Shown piece after piece: positions 36,954 to 45,418 of a DNA stretch of 64,000 nt. The translations under genes and the position numbers were made by a program. Where the stretch lies: positions 107,755 to 171,754 of the forward strand of contig LJZQ01000005.1 of NCBI GenBank assembly GCA_001314845.1, in the 5' to 3' direction. Each line of letters begins with the position of its first letter. The first letter of the stretch is position 1. Under the pieces are notes generated by a model, which worked only from the letters and a program-made list of their open reading frames with translations, searched no databases and was not told the DNA's origin. This DNA is from Marinobacter excellens HL-55. GTDB lineage: Bacteria > Pseudomonadota > Gammaproteobacteria > Pseudomonadales > Oleiphilaceae.

Positions 36954-37631
36954 ATGCCACACTTACAACATCTTCTGGAAAAAAACCGTGCCTGGGCGGA
37001 CGGTATCAAAGCAGGCGACCCGAAGTTTTTCGATCGCCTGAAAAACCAGCAAGCACCCGAGTATCTCTGGATCGGCTGTGCCGATAGCCGGGTCCCGGCG
37101 AACCAGATTGTTGACCTGATGCCCGGTGAGCTGTTTGTGCATCGCAACGTTGCCAATGTGGTGGTGCATACCGATTTTAACTGTCTGTCGGTTCTGCAGT
37201 TCGCGATTGATGTTTTGAAGGTCAAGCACATCATGGTGGTTGGCCACTATGGCTGCGGCGGTGTGAAGGCGTCTTTGCTGAATGAAGGGTTCGGTCTTAT
37301 TTCCAACTGGCTGCGCCACGTCCAGGATGTGCGGGATCGGCATCAGGAGGTACTGGATGCCTTGCCGACGGTGGAAGATCGGATAGACCGACTGTGTGAA
37401 TTAAACGTGGTAGAGCAGGTCAGTCATGTCTGCCAGAACAATATCGTTCTGGATGCCTGGCGTCGTGGCCAGAAGCTGACTGTGCATGGGTTTGTGTACG
37501 ATGTGGCTGACGGTCTGCTGCGGGATATGGGGCTTGCCGTCACCAGCGAACATGAACGTGAGCGCGTGCGCCAGAAAAACCTGGAAGAGTTGATCCAGCG
37601 GCCGGTGCGTTCGGGGCGCCAAAAAATCTGA
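36954..37631 (+). CDS. can: Beta-class carbonic anhydrase
   Basis: WIGCADSR, HRNVAN, GHYGCGG. Confidence 0.96.
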   Translation: MPHLQHLLEKNRAWADGIKAGDPKFFDRLKNQQAPEYLWIGCADSRVPANQIVDLMPGELFVHRNVANVVVHTDFNCLSVLQFAIDVLKVKHIMVVGHYGCGGVKASLLNEGFGLISNWLRHVQDVRDRHQEVLDALPTVEDRIDRLCELNVVEQVSHVCQNNIVLDAWRRGQKLTVHGFVYDVADGLLRDMGLAVTSEHERERVRQKNLEELIQRPVRSGRQKI

Positions 37632-37661
37632 AGTCAACGATGTCGAAATGTGTCAAAAATT

Positions 37662-37677
37662 CGTGACGGGTGTCACT
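37662..37677. promoter_or_regulatory. CRP/Vfr-like palindromic site
   Basis: CGTGA-CGGGTG-TCACT (8/10 to TGTGA-N6-TCACA) with AT-rich left flank. Confidence 0.45.
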
Positions 37678-37749
37678 TGTTGACCCATGGCGTCATCACA
37701 GTTGGTCGTCCTCGCCTCTGATACAGTGGCGACTGTAAGAATGAGGGAG

Positions 37750-37929
37750 ATGACCATGAAAGAATTGATGCAAAAAGCCCTGAGCGTACTCGAAACCCGC
37801 AGAAACGCCGGCGCTGCCATGGACAATTCCAGGCAAGACAGCAAGCGCAGCCAGACGCGTCCCCAAGAAGACTGGGGCATGTCTCCGGAAGACGCCTTGC
37901 GTGTCGGCACGGTTGCACGCTACAAATAA
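37750..37929 (+). CDS. Small hypothetical protein (~59 aa)
   Basis: Strong RBS GAGGGAG directly before ATG; fills an otherwise empty intergenic gap. Confidence 0.6.
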   Translation: MTMKELMQKALSVLETRRNAGAAMDNSRQDSKRSQTRPQEDWGMSPEDALRVGTVARYK

Positions 37930-38064
37930 TTGCGGCGCCTGCCCCCTCAACAGCAACTGCTCGGTCTTGATCATTTCACGCCCTGAAAGCGCCACCATGG
38001 CAGACTCAGGGCCCGTTTCCGGTTAGCATTGCCTGCTTTACTTTTTTTAATGGGCTCGCTATCC

Positions 38065-39150
38065 ATGTCTGCACTGACCAACACACACGACGTCCTTGTT
38101 CGTAACCTTGAGCTGCTGCATGGGCAGGTTGCGCTGCTGGGCGTTTCCGATCCGGCGGTTCTCTCACATTGTGGCACCACCGGACTGGCGATGAGCGAGC
38201 ATGCCGGCATATTCGAGGTGCTGGCCCAGGTGCCCGGATGGCAAGCCTGCTATGGTTATGACGCCCACCAGCTTGAGCCCGCAAGTTACGATACCGTTGT
38301 AGTTTTTCTTCCCAAAGCCCGAGCCGAATTAACCTTGCGCCTGACCATGGCCCGATTTTTGGGTCGGGCCGGGGCCCGGCTGGTGATGATCGGCGAGAAA
38401 AAAGAAGGAATCGCCGGTGCCGTCAAGCAGTTTCAGGTGATTGCCGATAACGCAGCCAAAGTGGACAGCGCCCGGCATTGCCAGGTTTGGGTCGGCGGCA
38501 ATCAGCAGCCGCTGGCCGAGTTCGTGGTGGCAGACTGGATAGGCTGGACCGATGTGGATTGTGCCGGTGTAGGGTGTTCGGTTGCAGGAATGCCTGGAGT
38601 GTTCAGCGAGGGTTCGCTGGATGGTGGCTCCCGTTTGCTGCTGCAGACGCTTTCTGAGAAGCCCCTTAAAGCCGACCGAATTCTGGATTTTGCCTGTGGT
38701 GCCGGTGTCATTGGTACCTGGCTGCACGCCGCCAGACCGCAATCGACGCGTGAGGGTCTGGTTGTCGATGGCGTTGAGGTTCAGGCGCAGGCGGTGATGT
38801 GTGCCGAGGCGACCTACCGCAAAGCGGGCGTTAACGGGCGAATATACTCCTCGGATGGCCTTGCCGGCCTTGAGGGGAGATGGCAGGCGGTGGTGAGCAA
38901 TCCTCCGTTCCATAGTGGCGTAAAGACTGATACCTCGATGACCGAGCAGTTTCTTCGGGAAGTGGCTCAGCACCTGGAGCCTGGTGGCGAACTGCGCCTG
39001 GTCGCCAACAGTTTCCTGCCCTATGAAAGTGAGATGCAACGGCAGATTGGCGCGGTCGAGAAGCTGGCTCAGGATCGAAGATTTACCGTATACCGGGCGT
39101 TCCGTCGCGGTGGTGCTGGCGTTTTGCCCATAAAAAAGCCCCTGGGGTAA
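38065..39150 (+). CDS. rsmC: 16S rRNA m2G1207 methyltransferase RsmC-like
   Basis: [52 protein letters not shown]. Confidence 0.88.
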   Translation: MSALTNTHDVLVRNLELLHGQVALLGVSDPAVLSHCGTTGLAMSEHAGIFEVLAQVPGWQACYGYDAHQLEPASYDTVVVFLPKARAELTLRLTMARFLGRAGARLVMIGEKKEGIAGAVKQFQVIADNAAKVDSARHCQVWVGGNQQPLAEFVVADWIGWTDVDCAGVGCSVAGMPGVFSEGSLDGGSRLLLQTLSEKPLKADRILDFACGAGVIGTWLHAARPQSTREGLVVDGVEVQAQAVMCAEATYRKAGVNGRIYSSDGLAGLEGRWQAVVSNPPFHSGVKTDTSMTEQFLREVAQHLEPGGELRLVANSFLPYESEMQRQIGAVEKLAQDRRFTVYRAFRRGGAGVLPIKKPLG

Positions 39151-39155
39151 GGGGC
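39131..39155 (-). terminator. Intrinsic terminator on the minus strand overlapping the rsmC stop
   Basis: Minus-strand GCCCC-TTACCCCA-GGGGC-TTTTTT. Confidence 0.75.
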
Positions 39156-39237
39156 GAAGGGTAATGTCCGGAAAAATGCCGGGTATCCGGGTGTGAAGAG
39201 CCGGATACCGTAACCGGAAAGGGTGTTCGGCGTGAAC
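39131..39237 (-). ncRNA. Candidate ~105-nt structured sRNA
   Basis: CTAAGTT -10-like element, 5' mini-hairpin, perfect 9-bp stem GGTATCCGG/CCGGATACC with CU-rich loop, outer TCCGG/CCGGA stem, 3' terminator. Confidence 0.5.
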
Positions 39238-39317
39238 ATGTATAACTTAGGGCTTATTTCTAGAGTAAACAGCCTAGAATCCCCAAATTGTGTGAAATTC
39301 GGAAAAGGTTGCCCGAA

Positions 39318-40454
39318 ATGACAAGCGCCAGAGTTGAGTTCGTTACGGGTGAGATGATCCTGTCCAGACCGGGTGTCGAAGACGACACGCTGCGCGCCTG
39401 GGATGCGGCAGACGAACTCCTGCTTGAGCAGGCGCTAAAGATATTGCCCGTTGGCCAGAGCCGGGTGCTGGTTGTCGATGACCAGTTTGGCGCGCTTACC
39501 CTGGGGCTTTCCGGATATGCACCTTGTACTGTTGCAGACAGCGCGGTATTGGCCGGTGCTCTGAAAGCCAATGCGGCGTTGAATCCAGACCTTCCAGAAC
39601 CCTCATTGCCCTTAAATTGGCAGCGCCCGCCCGCCGGATCGTTTGATCTTGTGGTGATGCGTATTCCCCGGCAAGCCGAGTACCTGGGTTGGCTGCTGCG
39701 TTGGGTTAACCGTGTTCTGGGTGAGGATGGTTATTTGTTGGCCGGGGGCATGATCAAACACCTGCCGGAACGCAGTGTCGATGTGTTTGCCGGCGCGGTG
39801 ACCACCCGAGCCGTCCTTCCCGCTCGAAAAAAAGCCAGAGTGGTGGTTTGTCAGCGTGGGCCGGCAACGCTGGCGGAATGGCCTGGCACCTGGAAAGGCT
39901 ACTCGATGCCGGGACTGCCGATGCCGGTTGAGGCGATGCCGGCGGTCTTTGCCCGTGACAAACTGGATATCGGTACACGGGAGTTGTTGCCCTTGATCGC
40001 GCCGGTGGTGGCGCAACTGCCTGAATACTCCAGGGTGCTTGACCTGGCTTGTGGTAACGGGGTTCTGGGTTTGACGGCACGGGCCTGTCGGGATGATATT
40101 GAGGTGGATTTCAGTGACGTGTCGAGTCAGGCCATTGCCAGTGTCCGGCATAATCTGGCGGGTGCTGGCGGAGGCGTCCGATCAACACTGTTTCATGGTG
40201 ATGGCATTGACGAGGCTGCCGGCCAGTATCAGCTCATCCTGCTCAATCCGCCGTTTCACGAGGGTGGCGTTGTCGGCGACCACATAGCCCTGCGTCTATT
40301 CCATCACGCGGCTGAGCACCTGGCTCCCAATGGCCAGCTACTGATGGTTGGCAACCGCCACCTGGGCTATCACCAAACCCTCAAGCGCTATTTCGGTCGC
40401 GTTGAGCAGCGGGGTGCCAGCCCTCGATTTGTGGTCTTTGAGGCTCGCCGTTGA
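39318..40454 (+). CDS. rlmG: 23S rRNA m2G1835 methyltransferase RlmG-like
   Basis: LRAWDAADELLL, DDQFGAL, VFARDKLDIGTR, LDLACGNG, LNPPFH, VGNRHLGY. Confidence 0.88.
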   Translation: MTSARVEFVTGEMILSRPGVEDDTLRAWDAADELLLEQALKILPVGQSRVLVVDDQFGALTLGLSGYAPCTVADSAVLAGALKANAALNPDLPEPSLPLNWQRPPAGSFDLVVMRIPRQAEYLGWLLRWVNRVLGEDGYLLAGGMIKHLPERSVDVFAGAVTTRAVLPARKKARVVVCQRGPATLAEWPGTWKGYSMPGLPMPVEAMPAVFARDKLDIGTRELLPLIAPVVAQLPEYSRVLDLACGNGVLGLTARACRDDIEVDFSDVSSQAIASVRHNLAGAGGGVRSTLFHGDGIDEAAGQYQLILLNPPFHEGGVVGDHIALRLFHHAAEHLAPNGQLLMVGNRHLGYHQTLKRYFGRVEQRGASPRFVVFEARR

Positions 40455-40458
40455 CCTT

Positions 40459-41082
40459 TTAATTTCCGATGGTTTGTGGGCGGTCGTAACCGAGTCGGGC
40501 CAGGGTGTCCACGATGGTTTGGGTCTGGCTATCCACCTCGATGTTGACACTCTGCCCCTCTTCTGCGGTCCCGAAGATGGTGGCGCGCAGGGTTTCCGGG
40601 ATCAGGTGTACGTTGAAGCGGTTATCCTTGACCTCTCCGATGGTCAAGCTGGCACCATTGATGGCGATATAGCCCTTGGCAAACACATATTTTGTCCACT
40701 CAGAAGGGATTTCAAACCACAGGGTGACGTTGTTCTCCGGACGGATAATCTCAACGATTCGGGCGGTTGTGTGGATGTGACCACTGAGCAGGTGGCCGCC
40801 AATTTCATCGCCGATACGCGCTGCCCGCTCAAAGTTCACGGCATCACCCGGGGACAGCTCGCCCAACGTCGTCAAACGGAGGGTTTCCTGCATGGCGTCG
40901 AAGTACAGGCGACTGCCCTGTTGCCGGGTAACCGTCAGGCAAGTGCCGTTGATAGCGACTGAAGCTCCGATGGTTACGCCCTCAACCTTGGTGGCAGGGA
41001 AGTCGATCACCAGGGTGCTCAGGCCCGGAGCGGCAATAATCTCGGTCACTTTTGCGATACCCTGAACAATGCCGGTAAACAT
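40459..41082 (-). CDS. ribE: Riboflavin synthase (alpha chain)
   Basis: N-terminal MFTGIVQG, GASVAINGTCLT, GGHLLSGHI, LIPETL; start set at 41082 with AGGAG RBS (symbol is ribC in E. coli usage). Confidence 0.96.
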   Translation of the reverse strand: MFTGIVQGIAKVTEIIAAPGLSTLVIDFPATKVEGVTIGASVAINGTCLTVTRQQGSRLYFDAMQETLRLTTLGELSPGDAVNFERAARIGDEIGGHLLSGHIHTTARIVEIIRPENNVTLWFEIPSEWTKYVFAKGYIAINGASLTIGEVKDNRFNVHLIPETLRATIFGTAEEGQSVNIEVDSQTQTIVDTLARLGYDRPQTIGN

Positions 41083-41179
41083 AAGCCTTCTCCTGAACCC
41101 AGAATGATCGGGCAAGGATACCGGCGGCTGAAGCCCTTGCCAAGAAAGACTGCCCGGGATGTGTCGGTATATCGGACAT

Positions 41180-41206
41180 TCAAGAAAGCGGGAGCAAGGC
41201 CGATAC
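41180..41206 (+). promoter_or_regulatory. sigma28 (FliA)-type promoter for the hypothetical membrane protein gene
   Basis: TCAAG-N14-GCCGATAC, same spacing as the 9651 site; 33 bp upstream of ATG 41240. Confidence 0.65.
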
Positions 41207-41239
41207 TACTCAAAGAACCTGTTTATGAAAGGTAGCCGG

Positions 41240-42121
41240 ATGGCCGAGCAATCTGCACCAGAGACAATCGATGATGCCACCGCTACTGGCGCTGTGTTGC
41301 GCCCTGGTCGTGCAGCCGATCCTGTGCCGGGGACAACGCAAACTGCCCTGAACGCCGCCCAACGCACAGCTGCGCTGCAGACGATTGAAGACGAGGCGAC
41401 CGAAGACTCCGCCGAAGCAGCGCCTGCAGAGCAGGGCGATGACGATGCCAGTGTCGGGGCGAAAGGCGATATCGAGCAAACGTTGGCAGAATCCAGGCAG
41501 AGGAAGCTCAGGCTGATACTGCGCCAGTGCGATCGGGTGCTGTTGATGGATTTCAAGTTGCTGGCAATGTCTGACTGGCCCGATAACTACGAGATGGCAG
41601 CAGCGCGCCGAAGCCGGGATCTTTGGGTGTTCAGCGCTCTGATCGCGGCCTCCATTTTCCTGAGTGGGTTAACCGGATTTATTCCTGCCTGGATCGCCGG
41701 AGGTGGCTTCGGTGCCTTTGTGATCATTTTGTTGTTGGGTGTTCCGTTTGTCCGGCGTGTTTACACCGGTAAACCCTCTTACCTGGACTTGGTGTTCAAA
41801 CGGCAGCGCTTGCTGAAAGATGCTCGCAAGCATATTGAGCATCTTGAAGGTAAGGATGGGTTAATCTGGCAGTGCGCGCGCATGGCAGAACACAACCCGG
41901 CCCTGAAACATACCCGGTTTAGCGATCTGGTGAGGCTCAGTGAGCAACGTATTCTGGTCCGGAATATCACGCGCAGGGAATATGTACGTTTATATCTGAT
42001 CTACCTGCTGGAGGCAGAAAAGGCCTACAGCCGTGTTCAGCAGGCATTTTTTGAGGGCAATGAGGAGGCCATCGATAAGGGATGGCGGTCAGTGGCTGCG
42101 GAGCCGGTCGAGCGAACTTGA
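41240..42121 (+). CDS. Hypothetical membrane protein (acidic N-terminus, two-TM hairpin, basic helical C-domain)
   Basis: Long ORF; hydrophobic stretch LWVFSALIAASIFLSGLTGFIPAWIAGGGFGAFVIILLLGVPFV; no family recognised. Confidence 0.8.
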   Translation: MAEQSAPETIDDATATGAVLRPGRAADPVPGTTQTALNAAQRTAALQTIEDEATEDSAEAAPAEQGDDDASVGAKGDIEQTLAESRQRKLRLILRQCDRVLLMDFKLLAMSDWPDNYEMAAARRSRDLWVFSALIAASIFLSGLTGFIPAWIAGGGFGAFVIILLLGVPFVRRVYTGKPSYLDLVFKRQRLLKDARKHIEHLEGKDGLIWQCARMAEHNPALKHTRFSDLVRLSEQRILVRNITRREYVRLYLIYLLEAEKAYSRVQQAFFEGNEEAIDKGWRSVAAEPVERT

Positions 42122-42134
42122 CATCACTCCGCTT

Positions 42135-42161
42135 CAAACGTATGTTTCAAACAGACGTTTG
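42135..42161. promoter_or_regulatory. Tandem PsrA operator (autoregulation)
   Basis: CAAAC-GTAT-GTTTC and CAAAC-AGAC-GTTTG match the PsrA motif (G/C)AAAC-N2-4-GTTT(G/C). Confidence 0.75.
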
Positions 42162-42181
42162 CTAGAGGCACTGATAACAAT

Positions 42182-42859
42182 ATGGCGCAGTCTGATACCG
42201 TTGACCGCATTCTAGACGCTGCTGAGGAGCTGTTCGCCGAGCGGGGATTCTCCGAAACCTCTCTGCGGATGATCACCAGTAAGGCTAAAGTAAATCTGGC
42301 AGCTGTCAATTATCACTTTGGGTCGAAGAACGCGTTGATTCACGCCGTGTTTGCGCGGTTTCTTTCGCCTTTCTCTGCCACCCTGGAAACGGCCTTTGAT
42401 AATCTTGAAGAGCGCTGCAATGGCCAGCCGCCCACGTTGTACCAGACATTATGGGCGCTTACCGAAAGCGCCGTGCGGATGCCGCAGCGTAATGATCGTG
42501 GAATCTCTATCTTCATGCGGTTGTTGGGTCTGGCCTATACCCAATCCCAGGGTCATCTTCGCAAGTTTCTTGAGCAGGAGTACAGCCAACCCTTTGGTCG
42601 CTTCATGCGATTGCTGAAAGAGGCGACGCCGGAACTGTCCTCGGTTGACCGGTACTGGCGCATTCAGTTTATGCTCGGGGCGACAGCCTTTACCATGTCC
42701 AGCAGCGATGCGCTTCGGGATATTCTGCAGAACAAGACCGGCATTGAAACCTCCGTTCAGGAGATTGCCGCGCGGCTGGTGCCATTCCTTGCCGCTGGCA
42801 TGCAGGCACCCGATAAACTGCTGATGCCCCCGCCCGAGAGTAAAGTCTCGGTTGCCTGA
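42182..42859 (+). CDS. psrA: TetR-family regulator PsrA
   Basis: TVDRILDAAEELFAERGFSETSLRMITSKAKVNLAAVNYHFGSK, FMRLLGLAYTQSQGHLRK; PsrA boxes upstream. Confidence 0.88.
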   Translation: MAQSDTVDRILDAAEELFAERGFSETSLRMITSKAKVNLAAVNYHFGSKNALIHAVFARFLSPFSATLETAFDNLEERCNGQPPTLYQTLWALTESAVRMPQRNDRGISIFMRLLGLAYTQSQGHLRKFLEQEYSQPFGRFMRLLKEATPELSSVDRYWRIQFMLGATAFTMSSSDALRDILQNKTGIETSVQEIAARLVPFLAAGMQAPDKLLMPPPESKVSVA

Positions 42860-42916
42860 CCTTCCCCGCCTCGGGTAGGCTTCCCCCTGGTATTAACCGG
42901 AGGGAGCCTTGCCCCT

Positions 42917-43417
42917 GTGAGCACCCAATCCAGAAACGCCGCCCGTGTGGAGATCTCTCTTGCGGAGCAGACTCTGCTACTGCTGGCGCCGAATGGCGAT
43001 GAGTTGGGCCGTTACGGCGTTTCGACAGCGCTTAATGGACCAGGCCAGCAAGATGCCAGTGGCTGCACCCCGCTTGGTGAGCATTATATCCGGGCCATGA
43101 TTGGTGCCGGATTGCCATTGAATACGGTATTCAAAGCGCGCAGGCCCACCGGAGAGTTGTATACTCCCGAGCTTGCCTCGGCACACCCGGACAGAGACTG
43201 GATTCTTACACGGATTCTCTGGTTATGCGGATTAGAGCGGGGGCGCAATCGTGGTCTGGGAGTCGATACTTTTCGCCGCTTTATCTACATCCACGGCACA
43301 CCCGACACCGAGCCCATGGGGGTTGCTCGCTCCCATGGCTGTATTCGAATGCGCAATGAAGATGTTGCGGATCTTTTCGATCGGGTTTCCGCGGGCACCC
43401 GGGTAACCATCAATTAA
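42917..43417 (+). CDS. YkuD/L,D-transpeptidase-family protein without signal peptide
   Basis: IYIHGT...SHGCIRM catalytic motif. Confidence 0.88.
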   Translation: MSTQSRNAARVEISLAEQTLLLLAPNGDELGRYGVSTALNGPGQQDASGCTPLGEHYIRAMIGAGLPLNTVFKARRPTGELYTPELASAHPDRDWILTRILWLCGLERGRNRGLGVDTFRRFIYIHGTPDTEPMGVARSHGCIRMRNEDVADLFDRVSAGTRVTIN

Positions 43418-43440
43418 GCCGATTCGCTTAGAGGGACAGG

Positions 43441-44646
43441 ATGATCGGAGAAACCATAGGCATTTTGAACAGCTGGATTAAAGATTTCGGAATGCTGTCC
43501 GAAGGCTGGCGCGCTGCCATTTTGATTTTTGTGCTGGTGTCCGGGACCGCCGTTGTGGCCTTTATCGCATCTCGGGTGATTGGTGTGCTGGAGCAAAAGT
43601 TCAGTTCCACCCGTAACCTTTGGGATGATGCGTTATTGCATGCCGCCCGTAAGCCAGCTGTAGCGTTCATCTGGTTGCAGGGCGTTTATTGGGCGGCAGA
43701 AGTGGCGTACCATTTTTCCGAGGCGGAAATCTTCACCGCCAACGGCACCCTCTTGCAGATTGGTTTCGTGTGGGTAGTCGTCTGGGCGATGCTGCGCATG
43801 GTCAAAGAAGCCGAGAGAATTCTGGTTTCTCCGGTCAAGATGCGCAAACCGATGGATTACACCACGGTAAATGCCATCAGCAAGTTGCTACGTGCTGTTG
43901 TCATCATTACGGCAGTCCTGACCGCACTGCAAACTCTGGGCTTCAGTATTTCCGGTGTTCTGGCCTTTGGTGGTGTGGGTGGTATTGCGGTCGGCTTTGC
44001 CGCAAAAGACTTGCTGGCAAACTTCTTTGGCGGTTTCATCATTCATCTGGATCGCCCGTTCAAGGTGGGAGACTGGGTGCGCTCGCCGGACAGGAACATT
44101 GAAGGTACGGTGGAACACATCGGCTGGCGATTGAGCACCATACGGACCTTCGACCAGCGCCCGCTCTATGTACCCAATGCAGCGTTCACCACTATTGCCG
44201 TGGAAAACCCGTCGCGCATGTTCAACCGCCGGATCTCCGAGACAATTGGTATCCGGTACGCGGATATCAATTCCATGAAGCAGATCGTGGATGATATTCG
44301 TGACATGCTGAAAAACCACGAGGAGATCGATCTGGATCGCACCCTGATCGTCAATTTCCTCGCTTATGGGCCATCCTCCCTGGATATCATGGTCTATACC
44401 TTTACCAAGACCACCCAGTGGGTGCGTTTCCATGAAATCAAAGAAGATGTTCTGCTGAAAATCAGTGACATCATTCAAGGCTACGGCGCGGAGATTGCCT
44501 TCCCGACTCGAACTCTGCACCTGCCGGAGGGCGTGAAAGTCAGTGGCGACAGTGAGGAATCGCAGTCGTCCGGGAAGGAAAGCGAGGACGCTGAGGCGCA
44601 AAACTCAGGCAAGCAGGTGGAGAGCCAGAATGACAGCAGTCGCTGA
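43441..44646 (+). CDS. MscS-family mechanosensitive channel
   Basis: GGIAVGFAAKDLLANFFGG, RPFKVGDW, GTVEHIGWR, VPN, EIAFPTRT. Confidence 0.93.
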   Translation: MIGETIGILNSWIKDFGMLSEGWRAAILIFVLVSGTAVVAFIASRVIGVLEQKFSSTRNLWDDALLHAARKPAVAFIWLQGVYWAAEVAYHFSEAEIFTANGTLLQIGFVWVVVWAMLRMVKEAERILVSPVKMRKPMDYTTVNAISKLLRAVVIITAVLTALQTLGFSISGVLAFGGVGGIAVGFAAKDLLANFFGGFIIHLDRPFKVGDWVRSPDRNIEGTVEHIGWRLSTIRTFDQRPLYVPNAAFTTIAVENPSRMFNRRISETIGIRYADINSMKQIVDDIRDMLKNHEEIDLDRTLIVNFLAYGPSSLDIMVYTFTKTTQWVRFHEIKEDVLLKISDIIQGYGAEIAFPTRTLHLPEGVKVSGDSEESQSSGKESEDAEAQNSGKQVESQNDSSR

Positions 44647-45418
44647 TAGCCGGCCGGTTGGAATCATCGGTGGGACTGGGCTGACCAGCCTCAGTGATCT
44701 CACCATCGTGGGCGAAGAAAACGCCTCCAACCGTTGGGGAGAAGCGTCCTCTACTCTGGTTCATGGTGTGTTGGGGCAGCAGAAAGTGATCTTTCTGGCT
44801 CGTCACGGCAATCCGCACCGTATTCCGCCCCATGAGGTCAACTATCGGGCGAATATCCAGGCGCTCTACGATGCCGGAGTCCGAACCCTGGTGGGCGTGA
44901 ATGCCGTCGGCGGTATCCACCGTGACATGGGTCCGGCACACGTGGTCATCCCGGACCAGTTGATTGATTACACCTGGGGGCGCTCCAGCACTTTTTTTGA
45001 GGGCGAGTTAGAGCAGGTTACCCACATAGATTTCACCTGGCCTTACGATAACGAGGGTCGCGAGTTGCTGATCGGCTTAGCGACCAGGACCGGGGTGCCA
45101 TTCTCTGGGTTTGGGGTGTATGGCGCTACTCAGGGGCCAAGGCTGGAAACCGCAGCAGAGATCCGCCGGATGGAGCGCGATGGCTGCGATATCGTGGGAA
45201 TGACCGGTATGCCGGAGGCCGTGCTGGCCGCTGAACTCGGTATGCGTTACGTCAGCCTGGGGCTGGTGGTGAACTGGGCTGCGGGCAAGTCTGACCATAT
45301 TATTACTATGGCAGAGATCGAGGAGGCCATCGAGCAGGGGATGTCAGGCATCAAACAGATCCTGGAGCGCTCAATGGCCGGTCTTGGTCAGCTCAGCTGC
45401 CGGCCTCAATCCGCTTGA
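44630..45418 (+). CDS. S-methyl-5'-thioinosine/MTA phosphorylase
   Basis: GIIGGTG, FLARHG, NYRANI, QGPRLETAAE, VGMTGMPEA; start set at 44630. Confidence 0.9.
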   Translation: MTAVADSRPVGIIGGTGLTSLSDLTIVGEENASNRWGEASSTLVHGVLGQQKVIFLARHGNPHRIPPHEVNYRANIQALYDAGVRTLVGVNAVGGIHRDMGPAHVVIPDQLIDYTWGRSSTFFEGELEQVTHIDFTWPYDNEGRELLIGLATRTGVPFSGFGVYGATQGPRLETAAEIRRMERDGCDIVGMTGMPEAVLAAELGMRYVSLGLVVNWAAGKSDHIITMAEIEEAIEQGMSGIKQILERSMAGLGQLSCRPQSA

